A stretch of DNA of 64,000 nucleotides from an uncultured Actinomycetota bacterium. Its GTDB lineage: Bacteria > Actinomycetota > Actinomycetes > Propionibacteriales > Propionibacteriaceae. Location: contig CAWCVF010000017.1 of NCBI GenBank assembly GCA_963798835.1, positions 11,854 through 75,853 on the forward strand. Reading direction: 5' to 3'. Each line of letters opens with the position of its first letter. The first letter of the stretch is position 1. This document shows, one piece after another, positions 1-9,298 of the stretch. The notes beneath the pieces are model-generated. The model had not been told where the DNA came from. It worked only from the letters and a program-made list of their open reading frames with translations, and ran no database searches. The position numbers and the translations under genes were made by a program.

Positions 1-156
1 GACTCCAAGAACACGTGGCGTCTGCTCCTATCTGTCACTGACCTGTTGCTCGGTGTTGGCGCGTACGCGGTAGTCGGCTGGTGGTGGGCTGACCCGGTGG
101 GCGCTCTCGCGATGCTCCCGGTCATCCTTTTGGCAGCGGTGGGAGACGCTGGCTGA
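1..156 (+). CDS. C-terminal end of a membrane transporter, cation-diffusion-facilitator-like (partial, runs off window)
   Basis: Frame open from window edge to TGA at 154-156. Tail ...GAYAVVGWWWADPVGALAMLPVILLAAVG resembles the W-x-ADP TM6 segment of CDF exporters. Too short for a firm call. Confidence 0.3.
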   Translation, partial: DSKNTWRLLLSVTDLLLGVGAYAVVGWWWADPVGALAMLPVILLAAVGDAG

Positions 157-579
157 AGCGCACGAGCCAGCCGACCAGGAAGTCTGAGGCTCAACCGATC
201 GAAGGCTCACACCACTCTGCCTTGATGCCCGAGCCATACGCTGCTGCGGTCAAGATCAGATCTCTCGGTCTCCGCTTGAGGTCGGTGTCAGAATCGGCGT
301 GCTTTGATTCGAGTTAGCTCGGTGCTTGCCCGAGCGAACAACCGCGCGATCTCGCTCGCGGTGCCTGGAAGGCCAGTCGGCACCAAGGTTGAATGCCGCG
401 GCCACCGGATCATGATCACCTGCGGCATGTCTGGTGGCAACTTCATGACGCACTGACAGCTGTCGCACACCCGATTATCGCGGCTCGGCCGACAAAGATT
501 GCCGGTTTTGTCTATTAGCCCGGTGCGCAGGCCCCGATGACTAACGGCTCATCCTGAGCGGCTCCGGTTCCCGCCTCTG

Positions 580-939
580 ATGGGCCGTCGGCTCGGCGGT
601 CGGGTGCCCGTAGGTCTCCTGATCACCGCGGCTGGTGCCTTGGCGCTCCCGGTCGGATTCAGTTTGACCGCCATCGCCTCCATCGGCAGCGCCGCCGCAT
701 TGCTGATCTTTTTTCTGGTCACGGTTGGACATTTCCGAGTCCGTTCTGAAACCGGTGCTCGGGTCGGCATCCTCGTGTTGGGCGCTCTTACCACGGGTCT
801 TGCGTTCTCGGTATTCGTCTTCACAACCTTGATTGGCGAGCCGGTATCGGCGGTGACACTGGTCCTGATCCTGCTGCTCAGTTTCGGCCTCGATCTTGGC
901 TGGAAACGGCGACGGGACGCGGCTCGCGCAAATGCATGA
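580..939 (+). CDS. small polytopic membrane protein, possibly a C-terminal remnant of an APC-type permease
   Basis: 119-aa ORF with three hydrophobic helices and an Arg-rich tail. No N-terminal permease body upstream; the surrounding 1.2 kb has no other convincing coding signal. Confidence 0.3.
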   Translation: MGRRLGGRVPVGLLITAAGALALPVGFSLTAIASIGSAAALLIFFLVTVGHFRVRSETGARVGILVLGALTTGLAFSVFVFTTLIGEPVSAVTLVLILLLSFGLDLGWKRRRDAARANA

Positions 940-1236
940 TCGGCATGGTGTTCCGGAGCCTGACCACCGCTCGCTGGGGCGCCATCCGATCCGCAGTCGC
1001 CCCTGGGGAGCGAGGCGGATCAGCTCTTACTGCGTTTTTGGCCAACTTCAGGCGCTGGTGATACCGGCACTCCTGGAGGCTTGGGGGCGCAAACTTGCCC
1101 ATGTCGATTTGGGGGAAAGCCGATTAGTGAGGCGTCGGGGTGAGCCCTTAGGGGGACGCTGAGCGATCGTGCCTGTGCTTGCCGGTCGGACCTTCGGGAG
1201 AATACGATCGCGCCGACGTGAGGGTCGAGCAGCCGC

Positions 1237-2718
1237 TTGGATCGAAGAGGATCGCGATGGACACGATCGACTGGGTCGCGTTGGGACTCGCTAGCCCTTC
1301 ACGTCCTGCTGGCATTGGCCGCTGCGGTCTACGTGTCGGTGAACCGGAAGCCGTCGTCGGCGATCGCCTGGGTGATGGCGGTGGTGTTCATCCCGCTGCT
1401 CGGCATTCTGTTCTTCCTGCTGGTCGGAGCGGGGCGTCTGCCCAAGAGTCGGCGGGAGGCGCAACGCCAGGTCAGCGACGACATCTTGGAGCGGACCGAG
1501 GGCGGCCTTGACCAGCTGTGGAGCAACCGTGACAAGTGGCCGGACTGGCTGCCTTCGATCGCCGTGCTCAACCGGAACCTCGGCGCGTTGCCGATGATCG
1601 GCGGCAACACCGCCACCCTGAACGGCGACTACCTAAAGACGATCAAGGCGATCGCCGACGACATCGATCTGGCTCGGGAGTACGTGCACATCGAGTACTT
1701 CATCCTGGTCTATGACGACACGACCGAGCCGGTCTTCGACGCGCTTCGGCGGGCGCGCGGGCGCGGGGTGACCGTCCGGGTGCTGTCTGATCACATGGCC
1801 CAATTTGCCTACCCCAACCGCAAGGAAACCGTCAAGATGCTGACGGACATGGGTGCGCAGTATTACCCGATGTTGCCGATCCGGCCCTTTAGGGGGCAGC
1901 TGCGCCGGATTGACATGCGGAATCACCGCAAGATCGTTGTGATCGACGGGCTGATCGCTCACGCCGGCTCGCAGAATCTGATCGTCGACAACTACCACCT
2001 GAAGAAGAACATCGCGCGCGGCCTGCATTGGCGCGAGCTGGTCGCCCGCTTCGAGGGGCCGATCGTCCGCGAGCTGGACGCTGTGTTCCTCACCGACTGG
2101 TTCAGCGAGTCCGGTGAACTCCCGTTGGTGACTCGGGGGCCGGTCGTGCTCGCCGATCAGCCTGGCGACTGGGACGCCCAGGTGGTGCCCAGCGGTCCGA
2201 GCTTCGAGAACGACAACAATCTCAAGCTGTTCGCCGCCGTGATCCAGAATGCGAAGCGGCGCGTGAACCTGACCAGCCCGTATTTCGTGCCGGACGAGTC
2301 GATCATGATGGCCATGGTCACTGCGGCATCGCGGGGGCTCGAGGTGGAGTTGTTCGTTTCCGAGGTCAGCGACCAGTTCGCTGTTTTCCACGCGCAGCGC
2401 TCCTACTACGAGCAGCTGCTGCGGGCCGGCGTGAGGATCTACCTCCTCGCCGCACCGACCGTGCTGCACGCCAAGCACCTGAGCATCGACGAGGACGTCG
2501 CGATCATCGGCTCCAGCAACTTCGACATCCGCTCCCTCAGCCTGCACATGGAGGTGATGGTCCTGGTGCACGCGCGGGAGTTCGTCGACGCGATGCGCCG
2601 GATCGAGGACGACTACCGGGCCAACAGCCGACTGCTCACGCTGGAGGAGTGGCTGCGACGGCCTCGGCGGGAGAAAGTGTTCGACAACCTGATGCGCCTC
2701 ACCTCCTCGTTGATGTAG
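1237..2718 (+). CDS. cls: cardiolipin synthase (PLD superfamily)
   Basis: Two HKD motifs (HRKIVVIDG...GSQN and HAKHLSIDE...GSSN) and N-terminal TM helices (AIAWVMAVVFIPLLGILFFLLVG). Start codon uncertain, see finding. Confidence 0.9.
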   Translation: MDRRGSRWTRSTGSRWDSLALHVLLALAAAVYVSVNRKPSSAIAWVMAVVFIPLLGILFFLLVGAGRLPKSRREAQRQVSDDILERTEGGLDQLWSNRDKWPDWLPSIAVLNRNLGALPMIGGNTATLNGDYLKTIKAIADDIDLAREYVHIEYFILVYDDTTEPVFDALRRARGRGVTVRVLSDHMAQFAYPNRKETVKMLTDMGAQYYPMLPIRPFRGQLRRIDMRNHRKIVVIDGLIAHAGSQNLIVDNYHLKKNIARGLHWRELVARFEGPIVRELDAVFLTDWFSESGELPLVTRGPVVLADQPGDWDAQVVPSGPSFENDNNLKLFAAVIQNAKRRVNLTSPYFVPDESIMMAMVTAASRGLEVELFVSEVSDQFAVFHAQRSYYEQLLRAGVRIYLLAAPTVLHAKHLSIDEDVAIIGSSNFDIRSLSLHMEVMVLVHAREFVDAMRRIEDDYRANSRLLTLEEWLRRPRREKVFDNLMRLTSSLM

Positions 2719-2720
2719 CC

Positions 2721-3483
2721 ATGCGACTAGCCACCTTCAATATCAACGGACGTTCGCCCGGCGAGAACCGGGTCGACCTCGACCGGCTGGCCAATTCGAT
2801 CCGAACGCTCGCACCGGACATCCTGGCGCTGCAGGAGGTCGACCTGTACCAGCCGCGATCCCACGATGCCGACCTCGCCGCGATTGTCGCCGAAGCCATG
2901 GAGTGCGTCGACCACCGATTCGTCGCGGCCCTGGCCGGCACGCCAGGCGCACGATGGGTCGCGGTAGGCGAGGGCACCAATCACGGGCCCGGCGTTCGGA
3001 AACGCCCTATTCTCCCGCTACCCCGTCCGCAGCTGGGAAGTGCTGCGGATGCCTGGGGCCGGCCCGCACCTCACCCTCCCGCTTCCCGGCCCCAGACGCG
3101 CTGCCGTCATCGGCGAAGAACCCAGAGTGGCGCTGATCGCCGACATCGAGACGCCACATGGGCTCGTGCGGGTGGCGAGCACTCACCTGTCGTTCCTGCC
3201 CGGCTCCAATCTCGTTCAGCTGAGGCGGGTGACCCGACATGTGGAGCAGGGCAAGCTCCCGGCCCTGATCATGGGTGATCTGAACCTCCCCGGTGGCGTC
3301 CCCACAGCGATCACCGGGTACCGGCCACTGGCCAGACATCGGACCTACCCCGCCGCGCACCCGCTCGTCCAGCTCGACCACCTGCTCCTCAAGGGTGAGC
3401 TCGGACAGGTCCGGCACACCGCCGCGCTCCGTCTTGCGGTGTCGGACCACCGGGCGCTGCTGGCGGACCTAGCGGACGACTGA
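2721..3483 (+). pseudogene. endonuclease/exonuclease/phosphatase (EEP) family gene with an apparent +1 frameshift near 2985-2992
   Basis: The N-terminal part MRLATFNINGRS...APDILALQEVD is in frame 0. The motif AFGNALFSRYPV and the C-terminal part ...STHLSF...IMGDLNLP...SDHRALLADL are in frame +1. Frame +1 is closed by TAG at 2965-2967, so the switch lies within 2968-2992, in a GGGCCCGG run. Confidence 0.75.
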
Positions 3484-3706
3484 CGGATCTAGGCGCCTGC
3501 TGGCGCAGATCCGCGGAGCTGGTCAACCGCTCGAGCGCACTGCACAGCTCTCCGATCACAGCCGGCAACAGCACGGCCGCCTCTTCGTCGGAGCCGACGA
3601 CCGCATCAAATACGGACTTGCCGCTTAGCAGCCACGCATGGATCGCGGCCATCGCCTGCGCCCTCAGATCAATAGCGATTTCGGGCGGCATCGGAAACCC
3701 AGCCAT
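3389..3706 (-). CDS. hypothetical protein (weak call)
   Basis: 105-aa ORF. The first ~70 aa look protein-like (helical, acidic). The last ~30 aa overlap the convergent EEP 3' end, so the true stop or reality is doubtful. Confidence 0.25.
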   Translation of the reverse strand: MAGFPMPPEIAIDLRAQAMAAIHAWLLSGKSVFDAVVGSDEEAAVLLPAVIGELCSALERLTSSADLRQQAPRSVSRPLGPPAAPGGPTPQDGARRCAGPVRAHP

Positions 3707-3823
3707 TCCAGAACCTCATTTCTATGTGAAGCACCGGCAAGTGACCTCGAAACCTGGTCGTGCCCATGACGGCACAGCGCGGCCGCGTTCAGCGGTCGTC
3801 GGCGGGGTCGCTGAGGTCCTCGT

Positions 3824-4396
3824 TCAGCGGCGGTTCCGCCGCCAGATCGCGGCGGACAGCACGGTGGCGAACGCACACCAGGCCGCATACGGGCTCAGGG
3901 CGGCGGCGGCCCTCAGGTCCGCCGCCGCGGTGCGGCGGACGAGATCGCCGCTGCTGAGCGCCAAGGCGGCAGCGACAGCGACCGCCGGCCCCAGCCGGTG
4001 GAACCGGAAGAACACCCAGCTCCAGCTCGCGTTCAGCACCAGGTTGGCGGCCAGCGCCCGTTCGTACGTGGCGCGATCGTGCTCCTGCAGCCGGTCGATC
4101 GCGATCGCCGACGTGACAGCGATGTCGGCGTAGAGCGCGGTCCAGACCGGTCCAAACACCACACCGGGCGGCTGAATGACCGGCTTCTCGAGGCGCGCGT
4201 ACCACCGGCTCCTGACTTCGGCGCTCGCGATCGAGCCGAGCGTCGCGCACGCGGCGACCGCCCCGGCGGTGAACGGCAGGACCCGGCCTAGCACGTGCCC
4301 AGTCTCCCACTTCGTGCTGTCGTCGTCCTCTCCGACACCGGATGATCGCGTGGCGCGTACGCGGAGGTCTTCTTCCAGCTCAGGATGCATGATCAA
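3824..4396 (-). CDS. tspO: TspO/MBR tryptophan-rich sensory protein
   Basis: WYARLEKPVIQPPGVVFGPVWTALY...NLVLNASWSWVFF...LSPYAAWCAFATVLSAAIW. Five TM helices with the characteristic Trp-rich motifs. Confidence 0.85.
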   Translation of the reverse strand: MIMHPELEEDLRVRATRSSGVGEDDDSTKWETGHVLGRVLPFTAGAVAACATLGSIASAEVRSRWYARLEKPVIQPPGVVFGPVWTALYADIAVTSAIAIDRLQEHDRATYERALAANLVLNASWSWVFFRFHRLGPAVAVAAALALSSGDLVRRTAAADLRAAAALSPYAAWCAFATVLSAAIWRRNRR

Positions 4397-4882
4397 TGCT
4401 TAGATCACCTGTATCCGATATGCACCGATGAGCGGCCGCTACGAGTCACTGACCGTCCCCGATGCGTTGCGGCGCAGGAAATCCGGCCCAAAAAGGCGGA
4501 AACGCCGGATTCCTTCGATGGCCGCAGCGCCGCCGTCTAGCACCACGGCGGCCATCGTTGACACACACAAGATCAGTCACTTGCCGGGGACGTCTCGCCA
4601 ACCGCTCGTCTCCGCAATCGGCGGTTCACCTTGCAACGGGTATATATGACACCGTCGATCAAGATCCCCGCACCGTTGCCGGCCACACGGTCGCCGCCGA
4701 CGCCAGAAATCGGCGGGAAGTCTTGCTTGACGTTACCGACGCGGCTTGTGATCCACCACGACAACCAAGCTGCTGCGCTCAGCTGGTGTGCAGGGACGTG
4801 CGTTCACTTACGTGGAGGCATAGCGCCTGCATCGAGATGATGAAACACGGAGAGTGTTTGCGACTCCCGGGGCTTTCGCCTG

Positions 4883-5083
4883 TCAGCTCCGCCAGCCGGA
4901 CCTACGCCACTTCTGTCTCGTGTAGATGCCGAACGGCAACCTGATCTGTAGCGTCCTGGTGCGGCTCTTGGTCGTTACCAGACCCAGCCGGCCAAAGAGG
5001 CCGGGGCCCCGCTTCGACACTTTGACGCCGAGGAAGGGGCCAACGCGGAACGCCCTGCGGGAACCGAACGGCATGGGACTCAT
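4883..5083 (-). CDS. DUF4236-like small protein
   Basis: FRVGPFLGVKVSKRGPGLFGRLGL...LPFGIY resembles the repeated G-x-R/K-hydrophobic pattern of DUF4236. Confidence 0.4.
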   Translation of the reverse strand: MSPMPFGSRRAFRVGPFLGVKVSKRGPGLFGRLGLVTTKSRTRTLQIRLPFGIYTRQKWRRSGWRS

Positions 5084-5728
5084 CCTCCTCTACAGCTTTT
5101 TTCAGACTCGGATGGCAGCTAGTTCTGTCACTGTAGCGGCGAGGGTTTGCATGATACCGGCAGCCACGTTCGTGTACGCGTCCGGTGCGGTGATCGATGG
5201 CTTCTCGGGCCACCTGAGTCGGCTGACGGCGGCAGATCGGGCGGCTCGACCGGCTCAACAGCCAAGGTGTCGGCGTTGGTGATCTTGCGGTGAGCAAGCT
5301 GAGTAGTCTGCGTTTTGGGGTCTTGCTTTCGTCTTAAGTGAGATTCCTGGCCGGGTCGGTGCTCCTAACACCGTCGGGCGCTTAGAGTTTTGATCTTTGA
5401 ATGCGGCCTGGGTGGTCTGGGTGCGGCCTCGCTTCGTCACGGCGTCATGAATCCCGGGGGACACGGCGGTCCTCATGATCAACAGGGCCGTTGCCGCCGA
5501 ATCTGGGAACGGTTGCAGCGATCATTGGAGCCCTACGGCGTCGCCGAGGTCCCTGGCGGCTAGTGACGACAAGGTTCGCGCTACGAGCCGAATTCTTGGT
5601 GGTCGGTCCGCGGTCCGGCGAGAGGCCAGATAGCGTCGCGCAGCCAGCCCGATCGCCAGGGGCGCCACCGCCGCCCTCACCAGTTGAACGGATGCTCCAG
5701 GTGTCAACGAACTGTAGGGAATGGCGCC

Positions 5729-6997
5729 ATGGATATTGCGCTTTCACTGATCCTTGCGGCGATATTCGTCTGGGGAATTATCTCGGGGCGGGCGGCGGCA
5801 ATCTCGACGCCGATCTTCTTCGTGGCCGTCGGCCTCATCTTGGGCGGAGGCCTCAAGCTCGTGCAGGTCGACTCTGACCCCCATTCGACGAAGATCATTG
5901 CCGAGGTCACGCTTGTTTGGGTGCTGTTCGCAGATGCGAGGCGCATACGATTCGCGGAGCTGCGACAAGACCTCGGGCACTACGCCCGACTGCTGGCAAT
6001 AGGTCTGCCCCTGATGATCGCATTGGGAGCGGCGGCCGCCGCCACATTTCTAGACCTCAGCCTCTGGTACGCATTGCTGGTGGGTGCCGCACTCGCCCCG
6101 ACCGACGCCGCCCTTGGCTCGGCGGTCATGTCGGATCGCAGGGTTTCTTATCGAGTGCGGCAGACGCTAAACGTGGAGAGCGGACTGAACGACGGAATCG
6201 TCACTCCTATCGTGACTGTGTCTATCGCTGCTATCGCCGCCGAGGCCGGTATATGGCAGCAAAGTTTGCGTGGCTTGTTCGGTCTCCTGCTGGGTGCATT
6301 GACTGGTGTGGTGCTGGGTGCCTTGGGTGGGGTGCTACTGCGTTCGGCTCGCCGGCGCGGCTGGAGTTCCGAAGAGTCCACCGGCCCAGGGATACTCGCA
6401 CTCGCGCTCCTCGCGTTCCTCCTCGCAGTGCTAGTCGACGCAAATGGTTTCGTCGCCGCCTTCGTGGCTGGAAGCGCATTCGGCGCTCTCACTCATCGGG
6501 GAGGAGAAAAAGAGGTCTACTACGTTGAGCAGACCTGCGGCTTGGCATCGATGATCTGCTGGCTTCTTTTCGGGGCCATTGGCGTCCCGGCCATAGCTGC
6601 GGATTGGAGCTGGCGCATCCTCCTCTACGCTCTGCTGAGCCTGACCGTGATCCGCATGCTGCCAGTGGCGATCTCGCTGCTCGGTGCCCGGATGGACTGG
6701 GCCACGATGTTGTTCATTGGCTGGTTCGGCCCACGGGGACTGGCTTCGATCATCTTCGCTTTGATTGCGCTGGAAGACCTGCAAGGCGTGCCTGGACCAA
6801 TCGACGATGTGGTTGCAACGATTGGACTGACGGTCCTGCTCAGTGTTCTTTTTCACGGATTGAGCGCGCAACCGTTGGCGGGACGTTACGCAGCCACGCC
6901 CCGCGCCGATGTGGAGCCCGTCACATACCTGGAGCCGACGCTGCGTCACCTGGTCAGTCCCTCTCGGAACCTGTCAGACCGATTGCAAAGGAAATGA
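5729..6997 (+). CDS. cation:proton antiporter (CPA1, Na+/H+ exchanger family)
   Basis: About 12 TM helices. Motifs include LAPTDAALGSAV and ESGLNDG, typical of NhaP/CPA1. ATG 5729 chosen inside the longer ORF 5684-6997. Confidence 0.85.
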   Translation: MDIALSLILAAIFVWGIISGRAAAISTPIFFVAVGLILGGGLKLVQVDSDPHSTKIIAEVTLVWVLFADARRIRFAELRQDLGHYARLLAIGLPLMIALGAAAAATFLDLSLWYALLVGAALAPTDAALGSAVMSDRRVSYRVRQTLNVESGLNDGIVTPIVTVSIAAIAAEAGIWQQSLRGLFGLLLGALTGVVLGALGGVLLRSARRRGWSSEESTGPGILALALLAFLLAVLVDANGFVAAFVAGSAFGALTHRGGEKEVYYVEQTCGLASMICWLLFGAIGVPAIAADWSWRILLYALLSLTVIRMLPVAISLLGARMDWATMLFIGWFGPRGLASIIFALIALEDLQGVPGPIDDVVATIGLTVLLSVLFHGLSAQPLAGRYAATPRADVEPVTYLEPTLRHLVSPSRNLSDRLQRK

Positions 6998-7398
6998 TTC
7001 AACACCCAACTGAACCGCCTTTGGCGTCGGCAGCCTTTTAGCTCTAATCCGGGGGAGTCAGATTGTCCACGCGCAGTACCGTCGAAGTGCTCAACGGCCT
7101 TGCCCTCGTTACGTCGCCTACCGTCTGATCGTCAGCAGTTGCATGCGATCCACGGCCTCCAGTTGATCAAGCTAGTTCGCTTGTTTAGCTATGGGTCTGA
7201 CCACCATTTTGACCACCATTTGGGTTTGTCCACCGAAATACGCCTAAGTGCAAAATCCTTATTCTTAAGGAAAACTGGACGTCTGAGGACGTCGGTGGAT
7301 ACGCTGCCGATGTCTGGGGGTCAAGGGGTTGCCGTGATCGATCGAGTTCGGCTCGCTGAGGATCGGGTCCGACCTGAGGTTTCGCAATGGGCTGACAG

Positions 7399-7578
7399 TC
7401 ACGAAGCGGCGGCCAAGGAGTCAACGTACGCCTGAAGGTCACGGGCGCGGACCAGGCGGCTTCTGTCGATGTGAACTGAGCGGAGTTCGCCCGACTTGAG
7501 GAGTTCGTAGACCTTCGAGCGGCTGATGCTTAGATGCTCAGCGACCTCCGGGATGCGATAGAGCAGCTTGTCGTTCAT
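7399..7578 (-). CDS. excisionase-family helix-turn-helix DNA-binding protein (59 aa, below ORF-track cutoff)
   Basis: Hand translation: MNDKLLYRIPEVAEHLSISRSKVYELLKSGELRSVHIDRSRLVRARDLQAYVDSLAAAS. This matches the Xis/MerR-like HTH pattern (E-A-A-x-L-x-V-S-x-x-T-V-Y-x-L-x-x-x-G-E-L). Confidence 0.7.
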   Translation of the reverse strand: MNDKLLYRIPEVAEHLSISRSKVYELLKSGELRSVHIDRSRLVRARDLQAYVDSLAAAS

Positions 7579-7943
7579 GATCTTCCTCTGCGTGGACCAG
7601 GCCTCTACCTACATAAGGACCTGACGAGGTTTCGGGCGATCACGACCATCCAGACTTCGTTGCACACGTCCGTCTCGACGGAGTATTGAAGGTCAACACC
7701 GCCATGGCTGTAGGTCTGGTGCCCGCGCATCGGGCGGACCACCTCTTCTCTCTGGCCCTGACTCCGAGCGACAGTTCAGTCCGCGGTGCAGCGAAGTCCA
7801 TGTTCATCCAGCGCGATCGACCGTCGCGATTGGCAGACCGGACGGCAAGGGCTGCCTACAAATTGCCCACAGCCGCTCTAGGCAAAACGAGAGGCAGCTT
7901 CCGAAAACCTTCCGAAACCGCCTCTGACTAGGCCACTTACTCG

Positions 7944-8017
7944 TAGCGGGGACAGGATTTGAACCTGTGACCTCTGGGTTATGAGCCCAGCGAGCTACCG
8001 AGCTGCTCCACCCCGCG
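7944..8017 (-). tRNA. initiator tRNA-fMet (anticodon CAT)
   Basis: Reverse complement: CGCGGGGTGGAGCAGCTCGGTAGCTCGCTGGGCTCATAACCCAGAGGTCACAGGTTCAAATCCTGTCCCCGCTA. It folds as a cloverleaf, has a C1:U72 mismatch and GGG/CCC in the anticodon stem (initiator hallmarks). CCA is not encoded. Confidence 0.9.
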
Positions 8018-8074
8018 TCGGCAGTGCACCACCCTACGTCAGCTCCCGAGACAAGCCAAATCAAGCAAATCGAC

Positions 8075-9211
8075 TCAGTCCATGTCGGGAATGAGCTCCC
8101 GCGCTTCTACGTACTCCATACCCGTCAGCTCCATTAGGTCGGTCACTGTGGAGCGGATCTGAGCCAAGATCACGACGGCCGAGATGGAGTGCGTGAGGTG
8201 AAGATGCGGAGTCGCCTCGGCGATCTCTCGCAGTTGGTCCTTTGCAGCGGTCGGAAGCCGGTGTTCTGAGAACTCATGAGCGATGAATCTGCATGCTTCG
8301 GCCAGCCGTCGGACCAGATCCTGATAGGTCACAGGTACTTCCTCACCCCGCCATATTGCGACAACACTCCTTCGGACCAATACCCGGAGGTTGTGGACGG
8401 CAGAATCGAGCGGCTGGTGCAGGCCGGACAATGTGATTGCCAGGCTCAACTGTCGGCGTCGAAACGGGGAGTGGCGGACCACCTCGAGGCCCTCCGCAGC
8501 AGCGGCGTCGAAAGTAGCCATATCCTTTTCTGCCGCCTGCACCCGATCCAGCACCGTACTAGCACCGTGCTCATCCTTCGCCGAGAGCGCATCGGCTGCC
8601 GCGTCCAACGTGTCAGCCATCCCAGCGACAACTTTGGCCGCGATTTCACCTGGCTTGCGGAGCGGCCCACTTGGTGCCACGGTCGCCACCAACAACGCGA
8701 GCGCGGAGCCAATTACTGCGTCAGTCCAGCGTTCAACTCCATAAATAGGACTGGGCGCCATGACCAGCACGGCGATTGAGTTGGCGCCGGCCGTGGTCGT
8801 GATCACCGGGCTTGCACCAACCAAGGTCGCGAGTGACATGGCGATGGCGCAGACCAGCACAACTTGCCAGACTCCGGCTCCGAACAACACTAACCAGAGA
8901 TCGCCCAGCGCGACGCCAAGCGTCACACCGATCGCCACGTCCACACCACGACGGAGGCGCTGCCCATACGTCATACCGAGGACGAGGATGGCCGACGCCG
9001 CGGCGAAATAGGGCACTTTATGACCGAGCAGCAGGCCCGCGATCAGCCATGCGAGGCCCGCGGTCACCGAGCACTGGGCGATGAGGAAACCACGCTGTCG
9101 CCATCGCTCGAGACGACGAATCGCGGATTCCTCGCCGTGCCGGATCGTTCGCTCACTGAGGTCAAAGGCCCGCAGTTCCAACCGCTTCACGGAGAAGGCT
9201 TCGGAGTCCAT
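8075..9211 (-). CDS. FUSC/aromatic-acid-exporter family membrane protein
   Basis: N-terminal block of about 5 TM helices (LIAQCSVTAGLAWLIAGLLLG...) followed by a soluble helical C-terminal half, the architecture of ArAE/FUSC proteins. Confidence 0.65.
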   Translation of the reverse strand: MDSEAFSVKRLELRAFDLSERTIRHGEESAIRRLERWRQRGFLIAQCSVTAGLAWLIAGLLLGHKVPYFAAASAILVLGMTYGQRLRRGVDVAIGVTLGVALGDLWLVLFGAGVWQVVLVCAIAMSLATLVGASPVITTTAGANSIAVLVMAPSPIYGVERWTDAVIGSALALLVATVAPSGPLRKPGEIAAKVVAGMADTLDAAADALSAKDEHGASTVLDRVQAAEKDMATFDAAAAEGLEVVRHSPFRRRQLSLAITLSGLHQPLDSAVHNLRVLVRRSVVAIWRGEEVPVTYQDLVRRLAEACRFIAHEFSEHRLPTAAKDQLREIAEATPHLHLTHSISAVVILAQIRSTVTDLMELTGMEYVEARELIPDMD

Positions 9212-9298
9212 GCCTCATGATTCACCCCGTCAGAGCTAGCGTGCCAGAGCGTCGACCGCGTGGCAGCATTCGTGTCCCGTCGGGCAAACTAGGCAGAC

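Noticed and set aside
240-580. Possible IS/transposase HTH remnant (…GTASEIARLFARASTELTRIK on the minus strand).
   Set aside because: The similarity to HTH_resolvase or IS HTH segments is short and weak, and there are no inverted repeats or further transposase-like frames.
1633-2571. Long antisense ORFs opposite well-supported genes. Examples: 1633-2571 opposite cls, 35566-38601 opposite kgd, 52647-53369 opposite hom, 56618-57385 opposite rho, 20436-21320 opposite aroA.
   Set aside because: These are typical high-GC shadow frames. They have Arg/Pro/Gly/Ala-biased, motif-free translations, each entirely inside a gene with strong family signatures on the other strand.
4470-4510. Hairpin GGAAATCCGGC...GCCGGATTCC as a terminator or riboswitch element.
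   Set aside because: It has an imperfect stem with a 16-nt loop, no U-tract on either strand and no adjacent gene end that it would serve.
7640-7760. Integrase remnant between the excisionase-like gene and tRNA-fMet.
   Set aside because: There is only a loose resemblance (RPMRGHQTYSHGGVDLQY), with no LGH or catalytic Tyr context. It is mentioned in a finding but not annotated.
7804-8064. 86-aa ORF covering the initiator tRNA.
   Set aside because: It overlaps a canonical tRNA cloverleaf on the same strand, and its translation has no protein-like features.
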